Both the position numbers and the translations under genes were made by a program. Below, one piece after another: positions 49,003 through 59,383 of a stretch of 64,000 bases of DNA (position 1 is its first letter; each line of letters begins with the position of its first letter). The notes under the pieces were generated by a model, which was given only the letters and a program-made list of their open reading frames with translations, searched no databases and was not told the DNA's origin. The stretch comes from a bacterium (lineage in GTDB: Bacteria; Bacteroidota; Ignavibacteria; UBA10030): positions 1 to 64,000 of the forward strand of contig JAZDJN010000018.1 of NCBI GenBank assembly GCA_043803945.1. The letters are read 5' to 3'.

Positions 49003-50262
49003 CTACGAAGGGTACCTTCGGAAGAGCAGGGAAGCGTTATGACCACCAAATCCAAACGTATTACTGATCGCAACGTTTATTTCCCAGTCCTTGGCCAGGT
49101 TGGGTACGTACTCAAGATCACATTCGGGATCGGGTGTTTCGTAGTTGATTGTTGGATGTACTTTGTTATGACGGATCGACAAGATCGTCGCTACCGACTC
49201 AACGGCACCAGCAGCACCGAGCAAATGCCCGATCATCGACTTCGTGGAATTAATTGCAAGTTTTTTTGCATGCTCGCCGAATGCTGTCTTAATCGCCGCC
49301 GTTTCACTTTTGTCGCCAACCGGCGTTGACGTTCCATGGGTATTGACATACTGCACATCGGTTGGCTCCAGCCCCGCATCTTTGATAGCGAGCCGCATCG
49401 ATCGCACAGCCCCTTCTCCGCCGGGTGCCGGTTCGGTAATGTGATGGGCATCTCCGGTCAGGCCGATTCCAGAAAGTTCACAATAGATGTTCGCTCCGCG
49501 ATTTAAGGCGTGGTTGAGTTCTTCAAGGATCAGGATGGCTCCTCCTTCTCCCATAACAAACCCATCACGATTTAAATCGAACGGCCGGCTTGCTTTCTCG
49601 GGTGCATCGTTTCGTGTCGATAATGCTCGTGCCGCATTGAATCCACCGACACCCATCGGGCAGATTGCTGCTTCGGCACCGCCGCTGACCATCATATCAG
49701 CGTCTCCCCGCTGCAGAATCATAAACGAATCGGCAATCGAGTGTGACGATGTGGCACACGCCGATGTTGTTGAATAGTTCGGCCCTTTCAGACCATAACG
49801 CATAGAAATTCTTCCGGGTGCGATATCCGCAATCATCATCGGGATAAAGAAGGGACTAATCTGCCGCGGCCCTCCTGTCTCCCAGACGGTCATCTGCTGC
49901 TTGTGGTATGTCCACAACCCGCCGATTCCGGAGCCCACAATAACTCCCACCCGTTCACGATTGACTTTTTCCCATTGCACGCCGGAATCGGCAATAGCCA
50001 TCTCCGCGGCGGCCAGGGCGTAATGGGTAAATGGATCGCTTCGTTGCGAAAGTTTTCGATCCATGAATTTCAGCGGATCGAATCCTTTTAACTCGCATGC
50101 AAATTTGGTATCGTACTTTGTTGTATCGAAGTAGGTTATCGGTCCCGCTCCACTCTTGCCGGCCAGAAGATTACTCCAATACTCATGCACCGTCAATCCG
50201 ATGGGTGTTACCACACCCATCCCCGTAACTACCACACGCCGCTTTTGCCCGTTCGATGCCAT
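49003..50262 (-). CDS. fabF: Beta-ketoacyl-ACP synthase II.
   Basis: 419 aa. RVVVTGMGVVTPIG and the active-site Cys region ATSSHSIADS are present, with C-terminal HGTSTPVGD and GHLLGAAG. Confidence 0.95.
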   Translation of the reverse strand: MASNGQKRRVVVTGMGVVTPIGLTVHEYWSNLLAGKSGAGPITYFDTTKYDTKFACELKGFDPLKFMDRKLSQRSDPFTHYALAAAEMAIADSGVQWEKVNRERVGVIVGSGIGGLWTYHKQQMTVWETGGPRQISPFFIPMMIADIAPGRISMRYGLKGPNYSTTSACATSSHSIADSFMILQRGDADMMVSGGAEAAICPMGVGGFNAARALSTRNDAPEKASRPFDLNRDGFVMGEGGAILILEELNHALNRGANIYCELSGIGLTGDAHHITEPAPGGEGAVRSMRLAIKDAGLEPTDVQYVNTHGTSTPVGDKSETAAIKTAFGEHAKKLAINSTKSMIGHLLGAAGAVESVATILSIRHNKVHPTINYETPDPECDLEYVPNLAKDWEINVAISNTFGFGGHNASLLFRRYPS

Positions 50263-50389
50263 ACACTATTCATCCTTTTGTGGATAGAGTTCTTCGAAAT
50301 TCAGCAGGACAATCTCACCAGGATGAGATCCCTCCGCTCCATCACGAAGCGGAGGGTCATGCTAAATACTTCTTCAAGGGTGCACTAAT

Positions 50390-50626
50390 TTAGGAGACCT
50401 TTGACTTCAGGTAGTTAATTGCATCTCCAACTGTCGAGATCTTCTCAGCATCCTCATCGGGGATCTGGAGGTTAAATGCTTTTTCAAACTCCATGACCAA
50501 CTCAACAGTATCAAGAGAATCTGCACCAAGGTCATTTGTGAAGGAAGCTTCGGGGGTGATTTGGGCTTCATCGACACCAAGTTTGGAGACAATGATTTCT
50601 ATCACTTTTTTATCGACATCTGCCAT
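50390..50626 (-). CDS. acpP: Acyl carrier protein.
   Basis: 78 aa with the [14 protein letters not shown] phosphopantetheine-attachment motif. Confidence 0.95.
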   Translation of the reverse strand: MADVDKKVIEIIVSKLGVDEAQITPEASFTNDLGADSLDTVELVMEFEKAFNLQIPDEDAEKISTVGDAINYLKSKVS

Positions 50627-50673
50627 AAATGATCTCCTTTCGAGATTGATAATAATGAAGAATGAGATTGAAG

Positions 50674-51420
50674 TTACATTGCAATTCCACCGTCAACACA
50701 CAACACTTGCCCCGTGATGTAACTCGCCGCCGGCGAAGCAAGGAAGACGACAACACTGGCTATCTCTTCCGGCCTGGCAGTCCGTTTCATCGGAATAATA
50801 TTCATCAGCGCCTGCCGCTGTTGCTCAGTAAGTTTGTGGGTCATGGAGGTCTCCACATAACCCGGAGCGACCGCGTTCACATGAATATTGCGAGATGCAA
50901 GCTCTTTTGCAAGCGTTTTTGTAAGACCAATGACTCCCGCCTTGGAGGCTGAGTAATTGACCTGCCCCGCATTCCCAATAAGCCCAACAACTGAAGCAAT
51001 ATTGATGATTTTCCCCTCCCTCTGGCCGATCATTTGACGGGAGGCCGCCTTACAGAAATTAAAGGTCCCTTTTAAATTTGTGTCGATCACAGCATCCCAC
51101 TCTTCTTCGGACATTCGCATTAAAAGGTTGTCCCGGGTAATGCCTGCATTGTTGACAAGAATATCGACACGCCCGAATTCCTTGACGACCGTATCCACTG
51201 CGCCCTGACTGGAAGAAAAATCGCGCACGTCAGACTGAAGAGCGAGAGCTTTCAATCCTTTCGATCGAATTGTCGACATCAACTCATCTGCATCCGCATC
51301 CAGTTTGATGTCCGTGAATGCAACATGGGATCCTTCAGCGGCGAAAGCAAGACTGATGGCCCGCCCGATCCCCCGTGCTCCTCCCGTGACCAACGCTATT
51401 TTGTTCTCAAGAATTCCCAT
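50674..51420 (-). CDS. fabG: 3-oxoacyl-ACP reductase.
   Basis: SDR motifs [12 protein letters not shown] and YSASKAG are present. An alternative start lies at 51438. Confidence 0.9.
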   Translation of the reverse strand: MGILENKIALVTGGARGIGRAISLAFAAEGSHVAFTDIKLDADADELMSTIRSKGLKALALQSDVRDFSSSQGAVDTVVKEFGRVDILVNNAGITRDNLLMRMSEEEWDAVIDTNLKGTFNFCKAASRQMIGQREGKIINIASVVGLIGNAGQVNYSASKAGVIGLTKTLAKELASRNIHVNAVAPGYVETSMTHKLTEQQRQALMNIIPMKRTARPEEIASVVVFLASPAASYITGQVLCVDGGIAM

Positions 51421-51506
51421 CGTTCCGGTACCTTTCAATCATATTGACCTGGTAATACCTGTCCCGTCATATAATCGGAAGCAGGTGATTCAAAAAACCT
51501 CGTTCA

Positions 51507-52418
51507 TTATGCACGATGCACATCGCCCGCTTTTTCAATCCCGCGGGTTTCGGCAGCCGAATGAATTCGTTTCACCAATCCTTGTAACACTTTCCCCGGT
51601 CCGAGCTCAATGAACAATGAAGCACCATCCGCGGCCATGTTGACCACAGTCTCTTCCCAGCGTACGGGGCTCGTCAATTGCCGGAACAATAATTCGCGAA
51701 TGTCCGATGCATTCTGCACCGGCTTCGCAGTGACATTGGCATAGACAGGAATTCGTGCATTGTTCATTTCTGTTTTATCGAGAGCCGCTTTTAATCCGGT
51801 TCGGGCAGACTCCATCAAGGGTGAATGAAATGCACCGCTCACTGGCAGTTCCTTCACCAGCTTTGCACCGTTCGTTTTTGCCAGCTCCATCGCTCTTCGT
51901 ACACCGCTCACCGATCCCGAGATCACAATTTGGCCCGGAGAATTAAAATTGGCCGGTTGGACAATCCCCGCTTCACGTGCATCGGCACAGACTTTTTCAA
52001 TACGCGCAGGGTCAAGGCCAACCACGGCTGCCATCGTTCCAGGCTGATCGATTCCTGCCTGCTGCATTAATTCACCGCGGAGCCGCACGAGTTTTAATCC
52101 ATCCTCAAAAGTCAAAGTACCGGCATACACAAGTGCTGAATATTCTCCCAGCGAATGACCGGCTGCCATCACTGCTTGCTCAGCCCGATACAGTTCCGCA
52201 ACCACCATACTGTGCAGATAAATTGCAGGTTGGGTATTCTTCGTTTGTCTGAGTTCCTCTTCCGGCCCTTCGAAGCAGATCCTGCTCAGGGCAATCCCGA
52301 GAATGCCGTCGGCTGCATCGAACATCTCCTTTGCGCGGCTGTTCTGCTCGTAAAGATCCTTACCCATGCCGACATACTGTGAGCCCTGACCGGGAAAAAT
52401 GAATGCCTGCTTGCTCAT
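51507..52418 (-). CDS. fabD: Malonyl-CoA:ACP transacylase.
   Basis: FIFPGQGSQYVGMG and GHSLGEYSAL were read directly. Confidence 0.95.
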   Translation of the reverse strand: MSKQAFIFPGQGSQYVGMGKDLYEQNSRAKEMFDAADGILGIALSRICFEGPEEELRQTKNTQPAIYLHSMVVAELYRAEQAVMAAGHSLGEYSALVYAGTLTFEDGLKLVRLRGELMQQAGIDQPGTMAAVVGLDPARIEKVCADAREAGIVQPANFNSPGQIVISGSVSGVRRAMELAKTNGAKLVKELPVSGAFHSPLMESARTGLKAALDKTEMNNARIPVYANVTAKPVQNASDIRELLFRQLTSPVRWEETVVNMAADGASLFIELGPGKVLQGLVKRIHSAAETRGIEKAGDVHRA

Positions 52419-52424
52419 GCAAAA

Positions 52425-53432
52425 TTATTTCTCCGGCGACTCGATAGACCAGCGGAAGAGTGATGCGCCCCAGGTGTATCCGGCACCGAAGCTTGCCAAT
52501 ATGACATTCTGACCCTTCTTTAATTTTCCCGCCTGCCACCATTCAGAGAGACAGAGGGGAATTGTTGCCGCTGTTGTGTTGCCATACCTATTAATATTGA
52601 TCATCACTTTCGATGGATCGAGGCCCATGCGGCTGGCGGTTGCATCGATAATGCGCAGGTTGGCCTGATGCGGAACGAGCCAGGCGATATCCTCGGATTT
52701 CAAATTGTTTCGCTCCATAATTTCAACGGAGACATCGGCCATTCCCATCACGGCACCTTTGAAGACTGCCTTTCCATCCTGGAAAATGACATGCATCTTC
52801 TTGTCCACCGTCTCGTGCGTGGGTGGATTCAGGCTTCCGCCGCCTTTCATATGGAGGAAGGGCGCCCCGGAGCCGTCGGAATAGAGCCGGGTATCGAGCA
52901 ATCCGAAGGCGGGATCTTCTGAAGGCTCCAACAACACCGCACCGGCAGCGTCGCCGAACAAGACACAGGTGTTGCGATCGGTATAATCCATGATGCTGCT
53001 CATCTTGTCGGCACCGACAATGAGTACTTTTGAATGTGCACCAGACTCAATAAATTGAGATCCTGTAAAGAGTGCATAAAGAAAACCCGAGCATGCTGCT
53101 GAGAGATCGAACCCCCACGCGTTGCGGGCACCAACTTTATCCTGCACAACGCAGGCAGTGGAGGGAAAGAACATATCCGGCGTCACAGTTGCGACGATAA
53201 TTAATTCGATATCGGTGATTTCCACCGTGCTGTTCTTCAAACACGCCTGAATTGCTCCTGCACACAAATCGGAAGTGGCTCCCTGTGAGAGGATGCGGCG
53301 TTCGGAAATTCCTGTGCGCGTTCGGATCCACTCGTCACTGGTGTCAACCATCTTCTCCAGTTCTTTATTCGTTAACACTGTTTCGGGGACATAATGTCCA
53401 ATTGCTGTAATCGTTGCTCGCTTCTTATTCAT
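52425..53432 (-). CDS. fabH: Beta-ketoacyl-ACP synthase III.
   Basis: The active-site Cys is in AACSGFLYAL. C-terminal HQAN and NRYGNTTAATIP are present. Confidence 0.95.
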   Translation of the reverse strand: MNKKRATITAIGHYVPETVLTNKELEKMVDTSDEWIRTRTGISERRILSQGATSDLCAGAIQACLKNSTVEITDIELIIVATVTPDMFFPSTACVVQDKVGARNAWGFDLSAACSGFLYALFTGSQFIESGAHSKVLIVGADKMSSIMDYTDRNTCVLFGDAAGAVLLEPSEDPAFGLLDTRLYSDGSGAPFLHMKGGGSLNPPTHETVDKKMHVIFQDGKAVFKGAVMGMADVSVEIMERNNLKSEDIAWLVPHQANLRIIDATASRMGLDPSKVMININRYGNTTAATIPLCLSEWWQAGKLKKGQNVILASFGAGYTWGASLFRWSIESPEK

Positions 53433-53474
53433 CTCTCTCGTTTCATTGTGTAATAGAAATTTCGTGCCTTTACC

Positions 53475-54494
53475 TCATTCAACCGAAGGTAATGAGGCAA
53501 CAGCTTCTGCGATCGTCTGATGCAGGTCTGATGATGCAACGTCGTACGCTTTTAAGACCATATTTTTCAGTGCCTTGGGGGTTGACCCTCCATGGCCGAT
53601 GAGTGATACACCATTCACGCCGAGCACCGGTACGCCGCCGACCTCTTCATAATCCATGTCTTTTAATGCTTTGCGCATCGATCCCCGCGCCAAGCCAAGA
53701 ATAATCTTGTTGAACAGACTTGTTTCCGCATATTCCTTCAGGCGGTATTTCAAAAATCCAGGGACACTTTCTCCAAATTTTAATATGGCATTCCCGACAA
53801 ATCCATCGCAAACCACGACATGGGCTTTGCCTTTCAGGATGTCTCTGCCCTCAACATTGCCAATGAAGTTGAGATTGCTCTTCTCGAAGAGTTCATACGC
53901 CTGTTGAACAACCTCTCCGCCTTTTCCTTTTTCTTCACCGACATTTAACAGGCCGACAGTGGGATTTTCGTACTTAAAAATTTTCTTTGCATAGATACTG
54001 CCCATCACACCAAATTCAAAAAGCTGCCGCGGGCGGCAATCAACGTTGGTACCCGCATCCACCAGCAAACATTTCCCTTTGATCGAAGGAAGGAATGTTC
54101 CAATCGTTGGCCTGCTGATTCCTTTTATGCGCCCGAGAATCAGCGTTGATGCAGACAGGACTGCGCCGGTATTGCCGACGCTGGCGAAGGCTTCGGCGTT
54201 TCCCTCCTTGTGAAGATTAATCCCGATTGCAAGAGAAGAATTTTTTTTCTGTTTCACCGAAGCGGTGGGAGCATCATCCATCGTAATAACTTCGTCTGCA
54301 TGGACAACGGAGAGTGAAAGTCCTTCGGTATCGTGTGCGGTGAGTTCATTCCTGATGGCCTTTTCATGGCCGACGAGAATAACTTCGAAAGCATTTCCGG
54401 ATTGACGGAGCGCGGCGACCGCTCCCGCAACTTCATTTGCAGGTGCGTGGTCTCCCCCCATAGCATCCAAGACGATTCTTATGTTTTGAGCCAT
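53475..54494 (-). CDS. plsX: Phosphate acyltransferase PlsX.
   Basis: 339 aa. The N-terminal RIVLDAMGGDHAP is typical of PlsX. Confidence 0.95.
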   Translation of the reverse strand: MAQNIRIVLDAMGGDHAPANEVAGAVAALRQSGNAFEVILVGHEKAIRNELTAHDTEGLSLSVVHADEVITMDDAPTASVKQKKNSSLAIGINLHKEGNAEAFASVGNTGAVLSASTLILGRIKGISRPTIGTFLPSIKGKCLLVDAGTNVDCRPRQLFEFGVMGSIYAKKIFKYENPTVGLLNVGEEKGKGGEVVQQAYELFEKSNLNFIGNVEGRDILKGKAHVVVCDGFVGNAILKFGESVPGFLKYRLKEYAETSLFNKIILGLARGSMRKALKDMDYEEVGGVPVLGVNGVSLIGHGGSTPKALKNMVLKAYDVASSDLHQTIAEAVASLPSVE

Positions 54495-54623
54495 GGGCTC
54501 ACTGATGTAGTTCCCAATCTAGGTTCATATGAAGCCGAGATTGATCCGGTGAACTTTTCGCCAGAGAAAGAAAATCCCGCCGGAGAAAACAGCGGGGCAG
54601 GCAGAGCACACCGGAGAATACAA

Positions 54624-54806
54624 TTAGGCTTTCTTCGGGATGATAATGGAGCGCCCATTATAAAAACCGCAGTTGGGGCACGCTCTGTGTTGAAGCTTTT
54701 GTTCGTGGCAATTCGGACATTCGGCTGTCGCCGGAACTGTGGCCTTGTAATGCGTACGGCGTTTGCGTCCGCGAGCTTTCGAATGACGTCGTTTTGGATT
54801 TGGCAT
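54624..54806 (-). CDS. rpmF: 50S ribosomal protein L32.
   Basis: 60 aa, [21 protein letters not shown] with a CxxC…CxxC zinc ribbon. Confidence 0.95.
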   Translation of the reverse strand: MPNPKRRHSKARGRKRRTHYKATVPATAECPNCHEQKLQHRACPNCGFYNGRSIIIPKKA

Positions 54807-54954
54807 AGCGTGAATCCTTATAAATGCTTGAGTAGTACTGTTTCAATCTTTTTCTATCTTGAACCGGCAAAACATTGCGCTCACAAACTTGTTCCGATGC
54901 CAGGAGTTGAGAGAAAAGTGACTTCCCGATGATGTCCGTCGCACCCTTCTACTC

Positions 54955-55473
54955 TTAATTTGCGCTGAATTTTTTCAGCCCTTCCCAGCGCGAATCGAGC
55001 TCATCCTCTTCGCAACTGCAGATGGTATGGTTCAGATTCGTACCGCACGTTGGGCAAAGCCCTTTACATTCTTCCGTACATAACAACTTTTGCGGAAGTG
55101 CGAGTATCGCAAACTGCCTCACATCTTCATCCAGATCGATATGATTCGTGTCTGGTGAGATGGTTACGACTTCCTGTTCTTCCCGCTTCGAAACACCTTG
55201 GGAGTCTGTTACATAAATCATTGAGAACTGAGTCTCGATCTTTTTCTCAAATTCATCCAGGCAGCGGTCACAAGAGAAAAGCCCACCCATGTCGAATTTA
55301 ACTTGTACATACAACTGTCGGCTCGTTTTTTCGAGGATGACGGTGAGCCGGACTATTTGAGTTAAGCGTTCATCGAGACCGATCTCCTGAGGATGTGCCT
55401 CAAGAAGGCGTTCATGAACTCCTTCCGGCAGCTTAGAGATATTGATTCGCAAGCTGTGCATAGTCTCTCCCAA
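54955..55473 (-). CDS. yceD: YceD/DUF177 family protein (large ribosomal subunit accumulation protein).
   Basis: 172 aa. The position upstream of rpmF-plsX and the C-terminal Cys-rich CxxC…CxxC motifs fit DUF177. An alternative start lies at 55461. Confidence 0.8.
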   Translation of the reverse strand: MGETMHSLRINISKLPEGVHERLLEAHPQEIGLDERLTQIVRLTVILEKTSRQLYVQVKFDMGGLFSCDRCLDEFEKKIETQFSMIYVTDSQGVSKREEQEVVTISPDTNHIDLDEDVRQFAILALPQKLLCTEECKGLCPTCGTNLNHTICSCEEDELDSRWEGLKKFSAN

Positions 55474-56006
55474 CGACGTCAGATTTCCTGCCGGAAAAAT
55501 CCGGATTTCTTCAATAAAAAGAGCGTTTTTCGAAAAAATGCACGGAAAATATACGGATTAGGGGCTATAGAGTCAAGCTTTTTTAGGAATGATGAAAGAG
55601 ACCTTACATTGCGGAGAGCAGGAAGCAGATAAAATCCGATTGTGGGGATTAATCAAAAAATAATTCGACAAAACACATTAAGGAGCATGATGAATATGAG
55701 GAATAGATGAAATACATGATCTGTTCTTTTATGAGTCAAACCACTAAATTTATACTCACAGCAATATTCATCGATGCAATTTTCAGAAAAACAGTTAGAT
55801 AAAGACAGTCGAAAGTGAGCGTAGAACGAAGAGAGAATCATCCTTTGATAGAGAGGTGTGATGGTGAGAAGGTGGGCTTTTCTGACCTTGCAACCAGCGT
55901 CTTTTTCGATTCCTTGATTTTCGTGCCATTTTTCGCTAACTAAGCTTCGAAATTTCTTAAGAGAACAGCAGTCCAAGCACCATTACATCAAATGCTCTTT
56001 TATTGA

Positions 56007-56879
56007 ATGCCAAACATTTACTTTTTTTCAGATGCACATTTAGGAATCGGCTCAAAAGAAGAGGAGACACAAAAAGAACGGGCCATTATTCGCTTCCTCG
56101 ACTTTGTTCGATTTCATGGAAGTGAACTCTATATAGTCGGCGACCTGTTCGATTACTGGTTTGAATATTCAACCGTCGTCCCGAAGGGATACTTCAGACT
56201 CTTCACAAAATTATCGGAATTAACAGAAGCCGGTATCCACATCACTTTTATCGTTGGCAATCACGATGCCTGGGCCGGTCAGTATTTTATAGAGGAGTTG
56301 GGAATTGAAGTATCTCGCTATCCCATCGAACGGACGATCATGGGAAAACGGTTCCTTATTCACCACGGCGATGGATTGTTAAAGAAAGACACAGGTTACC
56401 ACATCTTAAAACGGATCCTCCGAAACAGAATAAATATTTTTCTGTACTCACTTCTTCATCCTGATCTGACTGGAGGGATTGCTCGTTGGTCGTCTCGCAA
56501 AAGCCGTAAGTATACTTCCAACAAGCACTACGAAGAAGATGATATGGTCAAATTTGCAGAGCAAAAAATTCGTGAGGGATTTGACTATATCGTGATGGGT
56601 CATAACCATACCTCACAACTCAGGAACATTGGACAGGGAAGATACGTCAACCTTGGAGATTGGATCATCAATTCAACTTATGCCGAATTTGACGGCGAGC
56701 ACCTGCTCCTGAAGCAATGGAATACGATAGAAAACGAATCTCCCAGTGCGGTTGAAGAAGTTGCTGTCGTTCCTGAACGGACGTTCAAAGAAAACATCCG
56801 GAAACGCAAACGGACATTGGCCACCCAGAGGCCGGCTGCACGCAATTCCCAAAAAATACGGCACAAACGCAGACGATGA
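56007..56879 (+). CDS. Calcineurin-like metallophosphoesterase, a UDP-2,3-diacylglucosamine hydrolase (LpxH)-like protein.
   Basis: FFSDAHLG, GDLFDYW, GNHD and GHNH were read directly. Confidence 0.65.
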   Translation: MPNIYFFSDAHLGIGSKEEETQKERAIIRFLDFVRFHGSELYIVGDLFDYWFEYSTVVPKGYFRLFTKLSELTEAGIHITFIVGNHDAWAGQYFIEELGIEVSRYPIERTIMGKRFLIHHGDGLLKKDTGYHILKRILRNRINIFLYSLLHPDLTGGIARWSSRKSRKYTSNKHYEEDDMVKFAEQKIREGFDYIVMGHNHTSQLRNIGQGRYVNLGDWIINSTYAEFDGEHLLLKQWNTIENESPSAVEEVAVVPERTFKENIRKRKRTLATQRPAARNSQKIRHKRRR

Positions 56880-56917
56880 TTGACATAGTCAATTCGTGAG
56901 AGAGAACCGAATAAGCA

Positions 56918-59221
56918 ATGGCAAAGCGAAAAATTAGTTCGGAAGATATGGAGCGGTATTTTAACGACCCAGAATACCGGCGCTCATTTCTAAAGCGCAG
57001 CAAAGGATTTATCCGACGCTTTTGGAAATGGTTTCTCGCCGCCGGCACAATAATGCTCGGCCTGTCGGTCTGGTATGGATTTTATGTGGCGGGCGGATTA
57101 CCCTCGTTGGAGCGCCTTGAAAATCCTGCCTCCGAGCTTGACTTGGCTTCCAAGGTGTATTCAAGCGATAATGTTGTGATCCATTTATATCATCGCGGTC
57201 AAAACAGAACTCCCGTTCCTCTCGATTCAATTCCTCCCTATCTCATTCAGGCATTAATCTCCACTGAGGATAAGGATTTTTTCGACCACTGGGGTGTCAA
57301 CTCTTCCCGGTTTATTCGCCAGATGGTATTAAACGTCTTGACCCTCCGGAAAGCAGGCGCAAGCACTATTACACAACAGCTCGCCCGTAGTTTGTATAAC
57401 CTGAAAGAACGGAATGAAAACCTTTTCGCTCTTCTCACAAGGAAAATCCGGGAATTGATTACCTCAGTCCAGATTGAACGGAACTTTACCAAACGGGAGA
57501 TACTGGAGCTGTATCTCAATGTTGTTTGGTACGGTGGCAGTACGTATGGAATTGAAACTGCCGCATCGCGTTTCTTTGATAAACCGGTGAAAAATTTAAC
57601 GCTGGGGGAATCGACTTTCCTCGTTGGCATTCTGCCAAATCCCGGCCTCTACAATCCACTCAGGAACCCGGAAGGAGCTTTTAACAGACGGAGTATCGTG
57701 CTCTCTCAGCTCGTGAAGGATGGACACCTGACTTCAACTGAAGCAGAACAGGTTCGAAAAGACAGTCTGATTTTTAAAATGCACGAACAGGAAATGCTAG
57801 GCGGTATAGCCCCGCATTTTGTGGAGTCCATCCGGCAGCAGCTTGAACAGAAGCAAGAGCAGTACGGATTCGATCTGTACACCGGCGGTCTGAAGATCTA
57901 CACGACACTTGATAGCCGGTTGCAGCGCTATGCCAATCGAGCCGTGGAGGAACATCTGGCAGGACATCAGCAGCAATTTGATAAATCCTGGAAGTGGGAA
58001 CGCCATGTTGATATTCTTCAGGAAAATGTCGATAAAATGATTCGGGACCTCGACGCCTACAAGAAACTGAAGGGAGATTCACGCGATAGCCTCGTGCGTG
58101 CACTCCGAGCCAATCCCGCTTTCGTTGACTCGGTAAAGAAGGCTGCACAAATGATAGAGTGTGGATTCGTTTGTATTGATCCACATACAGGGTACATTAA
58201 AGCGATGGTTGGAGGCCAGAGTAAGTTTCGTTTCGGGCTCAATCATGTTACACAGATTCACCGTCAACCGGGATCAGCTTTTAAAGCCTTCCTCTATACG
58301 GCTGCATTGGATAATGGTACTCCACCCTGCTACGAAGTGGTCAACCAGCCTGTAACTGTAGCAATGGTTGATGGGACGGAATGGTCGCCAAGAAACTTTG
58401 AAGAAGAGTTCGGAGGCATGTTTACTCTCCGCGAAGCATTAAAGCGCTCGATCAACCTCGTGGCAGTGAGACTGATAGTGAATGATATCGTTCCTGCTAA
58501 GCAGGTGGTTGAATACGCTCATCGGATGGGAATCAAATCGCCAATACCTCCTTACGAATCAATCGCTCTTGGCAGTGCCGAGGTAACGCCATTGGAAATA
58601 ACCGCAGCGTATGGAGTGTTTCCAAATGAAGGCGTCTATGTCGAGCCAATCTCCATCCTGAAGATTGAAGACAAGGACGGCAACGTCCTTGAAGAGAATA
58701 TTCCTGAAAAGCGGGAAGCGCTCAGCAAGGAAACGGCTTATCTTATGACAGACCTCCTTGAAGGCGTGGTGAATGAACTGCATGGCACAGGATTAGGGAT
58801 CCGTTCCTACTTCTTCCTCCCCGCTGCCGGAAAAACCGGGACGACCGACGATTACGGCGATGCATGGTTTATCGGTTTCACTCCTCAGTTGGTTGCGGGA
58901 ATCTGGGTTGGCTTTGACGATCATCGGATAAAATTTTCCGGTTCCGACGGCCAGGGTGGACGCGCGGCCGCACCGATCTTCGGAAGATTCATGCGTGCGA
59001 CCTATGAGGATCCCTCCATCGGATTGCAATTGGAATATTTTAAGCAGCCGGATGGTATCGTCACCGATACGATTTGTGTGGAATCAAAAAAGAAGGCAAC
59101 AGAGTTCTGCCCAAAAGATACCACAGAGATTTTCAACATCAAGTATCTGCCCGGTCCATGCGACATTCACACAACACGAAACTGGAAAGACTCCAAGGAG
59201 CGTACGAAAATTAACTGGTAG
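56918..59221 (+). CDS. mrcA: Penicillin-binding protein 1A (bifunctional glycosyltransferase/transpeptidase).
   Basis: N-terminal TM helix. GT51 motifs ALISTEDKDFFDHWGV and ASTITQQLAR are present, and the transpeptidase motifs are SAFK, SxN and KTGT. Confidence 0.9.
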   Translation: MAKRKISSEDMERYFNDPEYRRSFLKRSKGFIRRFWKWFLAAGTIMLGLSVWYGFYVAGGLPSLERLENPASELDLASKVYSSDNVVIHLYHRGQNRTPVPLDSIPPYLIQALISTEDKDFFDHWGVNSSRFIRQMVLNVLTLRKAGASTITQQLARSLYNLKERNENLFALLTRKIRELITSVQIERNFTKREILELYLNVVWYGGSTYGIETAASRFFDKPVKNLTLGESTFLVGILPNPGLYNPLRNPEGAFNRRSIVLSQLVKDGHLTSTEAEQVRKDSLIFKMHEQEMLGGIAPHFVESIRQQLEQKQEQYGFDLYTGGLKIYTTLDSRLQRYANRAVEEHLAGHQQQFDKSWKWERHVDILQENVDKMIRDLDAYKKLKGDSRDSLVRALRANPAFVDSVKKAAQMIECGFVCIDPHTGYIKAMVGGQSKFRFGLNHVTQIHRQPGSAFKAFLYTAALDNGTPPCYEVVNQPVTVAMVDGTEWSPRNFEEEFGGMFTLREALKRSINLVAVRLIVNDIVPAKQVVEYAHRMGIKSPIPPYESIALGSAEVTPLEITAAYGVFPNEGVYVEPISILKIEDKDGNVLEENIPEKREALSKETAYLMTDLLEGVVNELHGTGLGIRSYFFLPAAGKTGTTDDYGDAWFIGFTPQLVAGIWVGFDDHRIKFSGSDGQGGRAAAPIFGRFMRATYEDPSIGLQLEYFKQPDGIVTDTICVESKKKATEFCPKDTTEIFNIKYLPGPCDIHTTRNWKDSKERTKINW

Positions 59222-59257
59222 CGTTTCAATGAGCAAGTGAGAATTGAATTCATGAAA

Positions 59258-59290
59258 ACAGTCAAGGGCAACCTCTTGACTGTTTTTTTT
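59258..59290 (+). terminator. Rho-independent terminator. The stem is acagtcaag/cttgactgt with loop ggcaacct, followed by TTTTTTTT. It lies 37 bp after the mrcA stop.
   Basis: Direct reading of a perfect 9-bp stem followed by a U8 tract. Confidence 0.8.
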
Positions 59291-59383
59291 ACACGATCAT
59301 CCGTACAAAAAGCGAGGGCGGATAAGATGACCGTATCCGCCCTCAGACTATTCTCCCACACACCCACATGTGTTAGAGAGTTG